Sequence record: OL631482.1
From: Escherichia phage ECML-359
DNA length: 64,000 bases
Strand: one strand, 5' to 3'
The notes beneath the pieces are model-generated. The model was not told where the DNA came from. It ran no database searches and worked only from the letters and a program-made list of their open reading frames with translations. Positions 48,395 to 57,552 of this stretch are shown piece by piece (positions within the stretch are counted from its first letter, which is position 1; each line of letters begins with the position of its first letter). Made by a program: the position numbers and the translations under genes.

Positions 48395-49405
48395 TTATCG
48401 ATAATAGGAATTGTGGTTGTCAAGATATACCTCCTCAACAAACTTGTCCCAGAACTTCATGTCCACCTTCGCAGGCATACCATTCTTAGCAGCCTGGATG
48501 GCCAGGACTTCAACTTCATCAACAGTATTTTCCAACAGGCCTTGAACTACTTTGAAAGGCATATCACCAGCTTTTATTGCTTTAATAATAGAAGCATTTT
48601 TAAGTGGATAAACCAGGTCACCAGTTTGATAGATTTCCTTCAGCTGATATCCAGCTCGGTAAGCATGACTCAATGCTTTCCAGTCAATACCTTCATTGGC
48701 TTCAGCCTTACGAGCACGTTCACCATATTCGGCATCAAGTTTATTCAGAGATTGCTTGAGCTCGATTAAAGACAGGGTGGTTTGGTACTTACGTCCAAGA
48801 ACAGTATAGAACGTTTGAGGACCTGTTTTCTCATGGTTATGAAATACCCATTCACAGAACTCGTTTTCAGGGAGCCGGTGCTTAATATCTTCTACTTTAG
48901 TTCGACGTTGTTTAATAGAACCATCTTCTTGATAATCGACCCACTGTTCAGGAATCTGGTTAACAATTGTCAGTACACCACGCAGTGCAGCCAATCGAGA
49001 ACCTTTAACACCATATTTGGAAGCTTGCTTACGGACGTACCCCAAATAGGCTTTCATGTTAGTTGTATAGAACCGCGAACGGTTGTCTTGAATAAACTTC
49101 CATACATCTGGTAAATCGGATTTGACTACCAGGTCAGCCGGGGTGTGAATCATATCCAGGGCAACGGTTTCGCCTTCGGCAGCCAGTTTAAAGAAATATT
49201 TCAGACTGAATAATTCATGGTCGATATCGTCTTTTGTGTTTTTGGTAGCCGTGTTATTCGTGTTCAGGTTTGTATGATTCATCGCGGTTCCGAGCAGGAT
49301 ATCTCGCGGATGAGGAACAAAGATTTCTTTAAAATCAACATCAGATTCTGGGGTGCTTGTTCCATAAAGGTGGCTACCGAAGTAGCCTTTCATAATAGTT
49401 TTCAT
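48395..49405 (-). CDS. pol-beta superfamily nucleotidyltransferase (about 336 aa)
   Basis: GS-x10-DVD motif (FGSHLYGTSTPESDVDF) plus downstream acidic strand (VALDM); C-terminal helical region; GAGGA site; ATGA overlap with upstream gene. Confidence 0.6.
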   Translation of the reverse strand: MKTIMKGYFGSHLYGTSTPESDVDFKEIFVPHPRDILLGTAMNHTNLNTNNTATKNTKDDIDHELFSLKYFFKLAAEGETVALDMIHTPADLVVKSDLPDVWKFIQDNRSRFYTTNMKAYLGYVRKQASKYGVKGSRLAALRGVLTIVNQIPEQWVDYQEDGSIKQRRTKVEDIKHRLPENEFCEWVFHNHEKTGPQTFYTVLGRKYQTTLSLIELKQSLNKLDAEYGERARKAEANEGIDWKALSHAYRAGYQLKEIYQTGDLVYPLKNASIIKAIKAGDMPFKVVQGLLENTVDEVEVLAIQAAKNGMPAKVDMKFWDKFVEEVYLDNHNSYYR

Positions 49406-49854
49406 TCTTTGTCCTCGAAGTGGATTACTGGGCACATCTTAGATTTACGAGCTTTGATATATTGAATGAAAACATTTTCTTTAATTTCCTTTCCTTCACG
49501 TTTAGCTTTAATGCGTTCCCATTCTTTTTCTTCTTTACGTAAATCGTACCAGGCCCATAAATTCATTAGACCATACATTAGACCAAATGCTACCGTCAGA
49601 ATAAGAGCCAGTGTAGCTAGTCCTAAAATAAACCCTAAGCCTAAACCGACCGGGGTGCTTAATACAAAGAAATGCTCTAATACACCTGCACCCGCGACAG
49701 TTAATCCAAAAACCATACTACCGATAAAAACGGCACAAACAAAACAAGCCCAAACCATTTTCCAGAAATAAGCACACAAAGAGTGTGGACGAGAATGACG
49801 GTCATAAAAACGGTCGTGGAAACGAGCGTGCCATGAGTTTGTATTGATAATCAT
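49402..49854 (-). CDS. polytopic membrane protein (150 aa)
   Basis: His/Arg-rich N-terminus, 2-3 predicted TM helices, charged C-terminus; AAGGAAA site. Confidence 0.5.
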   Translation of the reverse strand: MIINTNSWHARFHDRFYDRHSRPHSLCAYFWKMVWACFVCAVFIGSMVFGLTVAGAGVLEHFFVLSTPVGLGLGFILGLATLALILTVAFGLMYGLMNLWAWYDLRKEEKEWERIKAKREGKEIKENVFIQYIKARKSKMCPVIHFEDKE

Positions 49855-49865
49855 AATAATTTTCC

Positions 49866-50426
49866 TTAAGAGTTCATAGTTGGGATAACAGAGTTCAGAT
49901 AAGAGACTAAAACTTTTAGCTCGTCCTTAGTAAATACCACTTCACTTTCGCCGTCATGTCTTTGGACAATAGATAACAGGTCACGGCCGTTATGTTGATG
50001 CACAGTTAATTCAGTATTATAATCTAGTTCCTCTTCATCGCCTTCAAACGTTTCACTAGAGCGAATCAGTGCATCTTGTCCCGGAACTTTCCATTCAACT
50101 TCCGGTTTACATTCTTCCTGGAAGAGTTTGAAAATACAATCAAAGAATTTATCAGAATCGCTAATGCTCAGGCATTCTATACCATTTTCCAGATTAAACC
50201 CATTTTCATTTTTATAGATATAAGCGTATAGCTCATCGTTAATATCGACAGGAGCACTATTACGTCCATTGAGATAGTCAGCTCTATCCAAAACCATTAA
50301 ATTATAAAGTGGTTTAATATCTTGGATAGTCAGTACGATTTTATCGTCTTCTTGACAAAGCTCGATTGCGTTATTAACCACTTCAGCAGTCAGTTCGCCA
50401 AACAATTCAGTTGTTTCAATAATCAT
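49866..50426 (-). CDS. acidic hypothetical protein (186 aa)
   Basis: Minus ORF directly upstream of membrane protein. Confidence 0.45.
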   Translation of the reverse strand: MIIETTELFGELTAEVVNNAIELCQEDDKIVLTIQDIKPLYNLMVLDRADYLNGRNSAPVDINDELYAYIYKNENGFNLENGIECLSISDSDKFFDCIFKLFQEECKPEVEWKVPGQDALIRSSETFEGDEEELDYNTELTVHQHNGRDLLSIVQRHDGESEVVFTKDELKVLVSYLNSVIPTMNS

Positions 50427-50436
50427 TTTCTGTTCC

Positions 50437-50721
50437 TCAACGGTTATGTTTTAAAATACTATAAAGCGCTTCTACTTGGCTTGCATCCAGGTAAATAACA
50501 TCATCATCTTGCTCAATGGAAATCCCACCAGTATTACCTGCAACAAAATTACATTCGCATACTTCAACTGGGCGGTATACGTCACCAACTGGATGCTCAG
50601 GCTCCAGAACAATCACACCATTTTCAGAATTGCCGCTTGGGTCATATAACATTACATTTTCCTCACTAACCACGAAAAGAATAAACCGATTAAAATAGGA
50701 CCTATAATCATTGTTGACCAA
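50437..50721 (-). CDS. hypothetical protein (94 aa)
   Basis: Minus ORF. Confidence 0.4.
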   Translation of the reverse strand: MVNNDYRSYFNRFILFVVSEENVMLYDPSGNSENGVIVLEPEHPVGDVYRPVEVCECNFVAGNTGGISIEQDDDVIYLDASQVEALYSILKHNR

Positions 50722-50743
50722 GCCCAGGGTTCTAAGTAATAAA

Positions 50744-51001
50744 TCATCTCATGCTCCTGTGCCAACAATTTCTTGGTTCACGTTTAAAAATTTCATCATG
50801 CATTGATTGACAACCAACACAATATATCACACCTTTAATCGCTTGTCTCCGCGCTTCAGGAATTTTTTCGTCGCAGTCAAAACAGAATTCAGCAGACTCC
50901 CTTTCAACTGCAACTTGTGCTCGTGCGTGAACGATAGCGGCTTGGACAACCGCTTCCATCTCTAACTGTTCAGCACCATCTTTTGCAAATCCAACAGCCA
51001 T
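50744..51001 (-). CDS. TraR/DksA-type C4 zinc-finger protein (85 aa)
   Basis: CFDCDEKIP...CVGCQ four-Cys pattern near C-terminus. Confidence 0.5.
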   Translation of the reverse strand: MAVGFAKDGAEQLEMEAVVQAAIVHARAQVAVERESAEFCFDCDEKIPEARRQAIKGVIYCVGCQSMHDEIFKREPRNCWHRSMR

Positions 51002-51183
51002 TATTCTTTCAACTCATTCAGATAAGCAATTAATTCTTCTTTAGAACTATTCAAATCACGCTTGCACTGTTCTATTCCAGAATATGAATAACCTTCACAA
51101 TATTCAACAGCCAGGTCATTGGATGCATTTTCAATGTGCCAGGCGAGTTTGATAATTTTTTCAATCTGTTCAGTAGTTAACAT
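51001..51183 (-). CDS. hypothetical protein (60 aa)
   Basis: Minus ORF. Confidence 0.35.
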   Translation of the reverse strand: MLTTEQIEKIIKLAWHIENASNDLAVEYCEGYSYSGIEQCKRDLNSSKEELIAYLNELKE

Positions 51184-51187
51184 AATA

Positions 51188-51424
51188 TCACCAGTATTTT
51201 TTGATGGTAGAAATTAATTCTTGGACTTGAGTGGTCTTCAGCTTACACCCACAACCTTTTAAGGTGTCTTTAAGGAGCCATGGCTCCTTGAGCTCATCCT
51301 TTTCCAGGCGGATTCTATATCCGCGGTAATCAGCAAATATGCTTCCGTCATCAAATATCTTAATTTCAAGAATATGATTATTGGTTTCATATTCCAATGA
51401 AACCATGGTATTTGTAAGTTTCAT
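51188..51424 (-). CDS. hypothetical protein (ORF 51188-51487 trimmed)
   Basis: Start ambiguous. Confidence 0.35.
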   Translation of the reverse strand: MKLTNTMVSLEYETNNHILEIKIFDDGSIFADYRGYRIRLEKDELKEPWLLKDTLKGCGCKLKTTQVQELISTIKKYW

Positions 51425-51627
51425 TATTCCACCACATATGATAATGAGAAAATTGCTGATGAAAGATGAGTAGCATCTTCTTCGCACAGTTCAAATGGAG
51501 CTTTCTGCAAGAGTTCAACCACTTCTTCATCAGTGGCACTGTCCATAAAGATTGCATAATCATTAAGATAGATAACAACCTCATCACCAGTATTAACTGC
51601 ATCAATCTTGATATTTTTAATTCTCAT
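51424..51627 (-). CDS. hypothetical protein (67 aa)
   Basis: PeSL promoter and GAGGAG site upstream. Confidence 0.4.
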   Translation of the reverse strand: MRIKNIKIDAVNTGDEVVIYLNDYAIFMDSATDEEVVELLQKAPFELCEEDATHLSSAIFSLSYVVE

Positions 51628-51686
51628 TGTATTCTCCTCAGTAGTTGATGGGATAATAGTACACCCTTTTTATGAGGATGTAAACC
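51628..51686 (-). promoter_or_regulatory. PeSL-like early promoter cassette (GTTTAC -35, TATTAT -10)
   Basis: Conserved leader ATCCCATCAACTACTGAGGAGAAT. Confidence 0.5.
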
Positions 51687-51695
51687 CCCTAAATG

Positions 51696-51726
51696 AAAAA
51701 AGGTCCACCCGAAGGCAGACCTTTTG
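51696..51726 (-). terminator. bidirectional-type hairpin AGGTC-N12-GACCT flanked by A5 and T4
   Basis: Read directly. Confidence 0.5.
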
Positions 51727-51728
51727 AA

Positions 51729-52112
51729 TTACTCTAGTGTTAACAGATACTTAGTCTGAAAGAAAACTCCAACGATATCGTCCAGAGTCGATTGAATAGC
51801 CTTAGGTACAACTTTATAGACTCTTTCCGAGCTTTTAATCATTTCATCTAAAAACAAAATTGTATCTTTCGGCAAGTCCGAGGCGGACGGTAATGCAGCT
51901 TTGTATTGTTTCCCGCTGTAACCTAACCATTGCTCACTGAACTGGTCGAGTGGACCTTGGATTTCTGTGAAGTAGAAATCATAAGCTTTATGGCGGGCGT
52001 AACTTTTGGTTTCAAGATGGGCGGATTTAAAATAAGCCAAAGAGACTAACAACCACCCAATATATGAATCCACCTCAGACCCACGACCCGTTACGAAATC
52101 ATCAAATTTCAT
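51729..52112 (-). CDS. hypothetical protein (127 aa, rI.-1 position)
   Basis: Minus ORF. Confidence 0.4.
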   Translation of the reverse strand: MKFDDFVTGRGSEVDSYIGWLLVSLAYFKSAHLETKSYARHKAYDFYFTEIQGPLDQFSEQWLGYSGKQYKAALPSASDLPKDTILFLDEMIKSSERVYKVVPKAIQSTLDDIVGVFFQTKYLLTLE

Positions 52113-52395
52113 CTTCCAATTTTACCTTCATTAATTTAGCGTATTCGACTGCAGCCGCACGGCCATCAATTTGACATGTGATTTCATTTACACATTGACT
52201 CTTATTGTTCCATTCAGTTTTAATAAAAGCCCAAAATTGTTCGGACTGCTCGACGCTGGGTTCTTTGAATTGCGAATAGATTTGCATCGCACTATCTGCA
52301 TACTGGGTAAATTTACCATCTGTAGCAGAGGACATATTTGGGCCTAAACAGCCCATTAGTAATAGACTTAGAGAAAGTCCTCGAATAAGGTCCAT
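52102..52395 (-). CDS. rI: lysis-inhibition regulator RI (about 97 aa)
   Basis: Signal anchor then ...SEQFWAFIKTEW...CQIDGRAAAVEYAKLMKVKLE resembles T4 RI; AAGGAG site; late promoter upstream. Confidence 0.6.
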   Translation of the reverse strand: MDLIRGLSLSLLLMGCLGPNMSSATDGKFTQYADSAMQIYSQFKEPSVEQSEQFWAFIKTEWNNKSQCVNEITCQIDGRAAAVEYAKLMKVKLEDEI

Positions 52396-52466
52396 AAAGG
52401 ACTCCTTATTGTTGGTCATGATTACGCTTTGCAGCCTTAACATAGCGGAATACTAGTTAGTAACTG

Positions 52467-52474
52467 TATTTATA
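52467..52474 (-). promoter_or_regulatory. late promoter TATAAATA upstream of rI
   Basis: Exact octamer on minus strand. Confidence 0.5.
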
Positions 52475-52745
52475 ATCTTTTAAATTTGAAACAATACATT
52501 GCAAATAAATCAGAAAAATGTCTATCAACCCATATTCTTTGCACTGGACTAGTAACAGTCAGCATATAATGTGATTTTTGTAAATTTATTCCATTTTTAT
52601 TCGGGCATTCTTTATTAACAGAATGGTACGTGCTTGCTACTATTTCAATTTCCCTTTCATATCTCTCGCTATCTGTTTGTGTGGGAATAAATGCAATTCC
52701 AGCAATAACAAAAATAGAGATATACGTCCAAACCTTGTATACCAT
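52470..52745 (-). CDS. membrane-anchored small protein (91 aa, rI.1 position)
   Basis: N-terminal TM helix YISIFVIAGIAFIP. Confidence 0.4.
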   Translation of the reverse strand: MVYKVWTYISIFVIAGIAFIPTQTDSERYEREIEIVASTYHSVNKECPNKNGINLQKSHYMLTVTSPVQRIWVDRHFSDLFAMYCFKFKRL

Positions 52746-52752
52746 GCGAACC

Positions 52753-53325
52753 TCAGCTTGTTAATTCGAGCCAATGTTTTCTGCATAAAGATACGTACGA
52801 TTCATTCCCACCGACTAACACTTGCTCGCCGTCCTTTACAGCAGCACCGTCGATTACTCTCGCGGTCATGGTTGCTTTCCGGCCGCAATGACAGACGCCC
52901 TTTAATTCAACCAGTTTATCCGAAATAGCCAGAAGTCTGGCTGAACCGGGAAATAATTGACCCCGAAAATCTGTTCTTAACCCGTAACACATAACGGGGA
53001 TATTGTAATTATCAACCACTTGAGCTAACTGGTCAATTTGCTCTGGTAACAAAAATTGAGCTTCATCGACCAGGACACAATGGATATCCTTTTGAGACTC
53101 GGCCCATTTATAGAATTCAAACAGGTTCATGTCGGCCGTTACCAGGTTTGCTTCCTGGCTAATACCAATACGTGATTTGATTTCAGATTCCGAGTCCCTA
53201 TTATCAATAACAGGTTTTAGCAAAAGCACACTCATTCCACGCTCTTTATAGGAATAAGCTGCAGTCAGCAATGAAGCTGTTTTGCCTGCATTCATTGCTG
53301 CGTAATGATAAATTAAACTCGCCAT
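52753..53325 (-). CDS. tk: thymidine kinase (190 aa)
   Basis: P-loop NAGKTASLL, Walker B VLVDEAQF, C-terminal zinc motif CHCGRKAT...C. Confidence 0.85.
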   Translation of the reverse strand: MASLIYHYAAMNAGKTASLLTAAYSYKERGMSVLLLKPVIDNRDSESEIKSRIGISQEANLVTADMNLFEFYKWAESQKDIHCVLVDEAQFLLPEQIDQLAQVVDNYNIPVMCYGLRTDFRGQLFPGSARLLAISDKLVELKGVCHCGRKATMTARVIDGAAVKDGEQVLVGGNESYVSLCRKHWLELTS

Positions 53326-53334
53326 ATCACCTTC

Positions 53335-53520
53335 TTAAAGCGTATTCACATAAGCTATTAATTCGTTTTCTTTCGCATCAAATCGATTAGCAAATTCTTC
53401 CTGATGGTCGGCATCTATCGGGCCATATTCATCGTAAAAAGCGTTTGCTTCTGTATGCTCATCCAAAAGCTCATGGATAAGCTCAAACAATCTACTTTTC
53501 TGACTAATACTTAAACTCAT
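53335..53520 (-). CDS. hypothetical protein (61 aa)
   Basis: Minus ORF. Confidence 0.35.
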   Translation of the reverse strand: MSLSISQKSRLFELIHELLDEHTEANAFYDEYGPIDADHQEEFANRFDAKENELIAYVNTL

Positions 53521-53723
53521 TTCGGTTCACCATATCGCACAAATTTAGGATGTTCGCAATAACCAGAATGAAAACCTTCACCCTTATGATTAGAACATCC
53601 TTTATTAGAACAGTACCACCAGTAATCAAATTCACATTCCATTTCGTCGTTGCATAAAGCTGCGATTACTGGCCATTCGCATTTTTCACATTTGGCCGTT
53701 TTAAGAATTCGGGCTTGACTCAT
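53517..53723 (-). CDS. Cys-rich small protein (68 aa)
   Basis: Multiple CxxC-like pairs. Confidence 0.4.
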   Translation of the reverse strand: MSQARILKTAKCEKCEWPVIAALCNDEMECEFDYWWYCSNKGCSNHKGEGFHSGYCEHPKFVRYGEPK

Positions 53724-53882
53724 AATTCAATTCCATCCATAGCCAAAATTCTTTTTCGTTGGGTCTTGAGAGCTTCGTTAGCCCGGTCATAATCTTCTTG
53801 ACTACCGCTAGGCTGTAAAGCCGCTACCTTTTTGGCCAAGTGAATAAGCTTATCCAAGTTTTCAACAATACGTTCTTGTTCT

Positions 53883-54347
53883 TCATTCAGGCTCATAATC
53901 CACCACTATTAAATCAATATCAGGAGTAAACATGTCGATTAATTTAGAAACCTTTTCCCAATCTCCACCTGCAATACCACAACCAATGCGAGGAATGTAA
54001 ATTACCGGTTTAAACAAAAGGGTTTCTGCTTGTAGATTTAATTCTATCATACAGTTTACTAAAGCACCATAATCAAGATTAGGACCTGGTTCATATTGAG
54101 TATACAAATTATAACACATACCAAACCCAGTAGGTTTATGTTTAAAAACAATAGACATATCGCCTAATTTATCACGAGAACCATATTCAGTAGTGGTTTT
54201 ATCTATTTCTAAAACTTTTGGATAAGCCTTCGCCAACTGTCCAGCTACACCAGAACCCATTGTGTGGAAGCAGTTGCAACCATGAGCAATAATATTGCCT
54301 TGAAGAAAGAGGGCGACGATATCGCCCTTAATATACTGGGTAATCAT
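53883..54347 (-). CDS. macro-domain protein (154 aa)
   Basis: GDIVALF...HGCNC...GSGVAG and PRIGCGIAGG match macro-domain phosphate-binding loops. Confidence 0.6.
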   Translation of the reverse strand: MITQYIKGDIVALFLQGNIIAHGCNCFHTMGSGVAGQLAKAYPKVLEIDKTTTEYGSRDKLGDMSIVFKHKPTGFGMCYNLYTQYEPGPNLDYGALVNCMIELNLQAETLLFKPVIYIPRIGCGIAGGDWEKVSKLIDMFTPDIDLIVVDYEPE

Positions 54348-54703
54348 TTAGAGTTCAATCCTCTATTATATGAATCCACTAACCTGTCAACCATACTGGT
54401 GCAGGCCGCCTTATATTTTGCACTTGAAAGAATGCAATCCATTTCAAATAATTTCTTTTCATATTTGTTGGATAATACATTCTTTTTCAAAAGTGTATGT
54501 TCAACATCATTTTGGCCATCTTTATATGCCGCGGTGAGCTTGGCACTGAACTGGATTATACAATCCACATTGCTTGCTGCGCAATAATCTTTAGCCGTCC
54601 TCGTTGCATATTCTATGATGCTGTTGTTGTCGTCGCTCTGTACTGAAGCTATTCCTCCCATGCTGAATACTAACCCTATGGCTAAAGTGATAACTCTTAC
54701 CAT
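54344..54703 (-). CDS. secreted Cys-containing protein (119 aa)
   Basis: Signal peptide MVRVITLAIGLVFSMGGIASV; 4 Cys; coupled to neighbours. Confidence 0.45.
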   Translation of the reverse strand: MVRVITLAIGLVFSMGGIASVQSDDNNSIIEYATRTAKDYCAASNVDCIIQFSAKLTAAYKDGQNDVEHTLLKKNVLSNKYEKKLFEMDCILSSAKYKAACTSMVDRLVDSYNRGLNSK

Positions 54704-54705
54704 TT

Positions 54706-55248
54706 TTAATCCACCGTTTTTAATAGGCCTCGTGATTTTAAGTAGTTAGCTTTTTCTAGGACCTGTGAAGCATACGTATTACCAGCTTTCACATTCCATC
54801 CTGCGTTATATGATGATAGTGTTTTCCTTATATCCCCCTTATGAATATTCAACCAATATGAAAGCTCAATGTAAGCCCAGCGTGCACTGTTCTCTCTCTT
54901 GCTTATCATCTTGATTATTTCTTTATCTGTCATTGTCCACCCAACCTGTTTCACGCGTTCGCGCACGGTTGGAAGATAATTTTGGAATATACCATATGCG
55001 TGATGCTTATCTTTATTTAATCCAGTATTAATCCCAGCAGAACTCTCCTGCCAGGTTAAACCAGCCATGATATATCCCAAACCATTATGTTGGTGCGGAT
55101 TTTCTTTGTACTTACCATTTTTCTGGAACTGTTCTCCAAACGCATAAGCATATTGGAGGTTTTCCATTTGTTCATTACTGAAAGTAGGCTCTACGCTATG
55201 GGCAGACATACTAACTGTCAATAGTAAGGTGGCGATTACTTTTTTCAT
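54706..55248 (-). CDS. secreted SLT-domain lytic transglycosylase-like protein (180 aa)
   Basis: Signal peptide; catalytic ES, GIFQ and YNAG motifs of family-1 lytic transglycosylases. Confidence 0.6.
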   Translation of the reverse strand: MKKVIATLLLTVSMSAHSVEPTFSNEQMENLQYAYAFGEQFQKNGKYKENPHQHNGLGYIMAGLTWQESSAGINTGLNKDKHHAYGIFQNYLPTVRERVKQVGWTMTDKEIIKMISKRENSARWAYIELSYWLNIHKGDIRKTLSSYNAGWNVKAGNTYASQVLEKANYLKSRGLLKTVD

Positions 55249-55258
55249 GAATTCCCCA

Positions 55259-55717
55259 TTAGATATAAATCACTTTTGTGCTAATTTTTCCTTCCAGACG
55301 ATTAGAGTTAACAAACGCCATACGACAACACATGGTCGGAGACTTCCCAGGAATAGCGGGGTTAACTGTCATTCCTAACCACAGGTTCTTGTCTGTAATT
55401 TCCAGACGAAGTGGACGGTAGTTCACATTCGGGTCAATTTGTGCTTCAACTTCCGGGAGTGGTTTCATCTCCAAGAATTCAACGATTTCTTTTACATGTG
55501 GTGTGATTTTTCCAAACAAGTCAAAAACATATTGTTCATCAATTTCACGTTGGATTGCACGGTCCAACAGGTGCGGACTGTACTTAATGAAGAATGCTTC
55601 AAGGCCTGCTTCTTTACAAGCCTTGTTGATAGCATTATTAATTTTGAGGAACTCCGTTTCAAAAATGCGACGAAGTTTATTGCGGCGAATGTAAACACTT
55701 GAATCGATAGTAGTCAT
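55259..55717 (-). CDS. regB: RegB endoribonuclease (about 152 aa from MTTIDSS...)
   Basis: IRRNKLRR...HLLDRAIQREIDE resembles T4 RegB; track N-terminal extension is PeSL. Confidence 0.7.
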   Translation of the reverse strand: MTTIDSSVYIRRNKLRRIFETEFLKINNAINKACKEAGLEAFFIKYSPHLLDRAIQREIDEQYVFDLFGKITPHVKEIVEFLEMKPLPEVEAQIDPNVNYRPLRLEITDKNLWLGMTVNPAIPGKSPTMCCRMAFVNSNRLEGKISTKVIYI

Positions 55718-55773
55718 GATTATCTCCTTTTGTTTGATGGGATAATCATAACTCATTTCAATCTGCTTGTACA

Positions 55774-55775
<2 letters not shown>
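55718..55775 (-). promoter_or_regulatory. PeSL-like early promoter cassette
   Basis: GTGTACA ... ATCCCATCAAACAAAAGGAG. Confidence 0.5.
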
Positions 55776-56353
<578 letters not shown>

Positions 56354-56357
<4 letters not shown>

Positions 56358-56587
56358 TTCACTTCCTCATCAGATGCATTATCATATTCTACCAAACGGA
56401 GGCCATCATATCCGCCACGAACAGAGATATATGTACTCGGATAAACAATTTCTTTACCATTCCATTGGCCACCGTCCCAACATTCCATAAAGCCTTGTTC
56501 GCCCTGTTCGTGGAACCAGTCAACAAACATCTTCAGAGCTTCTTCAGAACCTTCAATAGTCAATTTAGACATATTTTTTCCAGTCAC
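56354..56587 (-). CDS. hypothetical protein (77 aa)
   Basis: Minus ORF. Confidence 0.4.
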
Positions 56588-56864
56588 TAATTAATCGCAC
56601 ATCCTGGTCATAGGTCAGGAGGCTACGAGTTATAATACCCTTACACGGTCCAGAAATAAATTCCAGAGTAAAGTAAGGAACCAACTTCATCAAGCGAATA
56701 CTCGGAGCAGTGCAACGAAATCTGGACCCAATAAAAGGTCCAGACAAAAACACATACTCAAAGAAATTAGCTTTATTAAAGATTTCATAATTCTTTACAA
56801 AATCCTCAGACCGAACCTTTGGAATAAAATAGAGTTGGTCAAAAAGCTCTTCATGGGTCATCAT
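56565..56864 (-). CDS. hypothetical protein (99 aa)
   Basis: Minus ORF. Confidence 0.4.
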   Translation of the reverse strand: MMTHEELFDQLYFIPKVRSEDFVKNYEIFNKANFFEYVFLSGPFIGSRFRCTAPSIRLMKLVPYFTLEFISGPCKGIITRSLLTYDQDVRLISDWKKYV

Positions 56865-57388
56865 TGCATTCCTATCACAAAGAACAGGGGCAGGGGTTTA
56901 GAACCCTGGCACATAAATTTATTCATCATTGTCTGATAAGCTTCATAGAACTTATCCATCGCTGGAAGACGCATTGGCTCTTCAATAATAATCAATAATC
57001 GGGTAACAGACAGCCCACGATACTTGTGAAAATGATCTTCATCTAAAAATGAACGAACAGTATCATATACAACAAAACCAGGTCGTTCAACATTAAGATG
57101 TGGCTGTGCTTTAGAAACCCGCTTTATTATATCACAGATTTCTCGTGAGCGATGCGAAGAACTCGACATAACAATTACATCATTACCCTTAGAAACCCAA
57201 TCCGCAGCGAACTGTGCAATGGCACTTGTTTTACCTGTTTGCCTTCCGCCGTCAAGTCTAAGAGTACCAAACTCTTGCATTCTTGAAGCGGGTTCATACC
57301 AGGTGTATTGGTCTGAATCTAAGCGTTCAATGGCGCGTTCAGCGAAGGCGTGCATTAAGGTTAGATAAATGGGAGTTAAAAATTTCAT
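56861..57388 (-). CDS. small P-loop NTPase-like protein (175 aa)
   Basis: Walker A GGRQTGKTS and Walker B-like LLIIIEE. Confidence 0.45.
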   Translation of the reverse strand: MKFLTPIYLTLMHAFAERAIERLDSDQYTWYEPASRMQEFGTLRLDGGRQTGKTSAIAQFAADWVSKGNDVIVMSSSSHRSREICDIIKRVSKAQPHLNVERPGFVVYDTVRSFLDEDHFHKYRGLSVTRLLIIIEEPMRLPAMDKFYEAYQTMMNKFMCQGSKPLPLFFVIGMQ

Positions 57389-57552
57389 AATTGTCTCTTT
57401 TTAAGTTGTGGGGCCGTTCCTTGGCACATAATTCATCCGTGTATCCGTATGTAAACCCCTTACCGCACTTGGGCTCGACCTTATTACAGGTAGGGAAAGG
57501 TCCATCACTCAGAGGACGCGACGTTCATGAGGAGAGGGCCGGCTTGCCTTTA

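Noticed and set aside
48199-48441. 80-aa minus ORF overlapping the nucleotidyltransferase 3' end and the terminator
   Set aside because: Overlaps the nucleotidyltransferase by 47 nt and runs into the terminator hairpin; no clean start.
57389-57552. Possible tRNA gene in the gene-free segment
   Set aside because: No cloverleaf could be drawn and no T-loop GTTCGA/TTCRA box is present; in T4 the tRNA cluster lies beyond e.8, outside this window.
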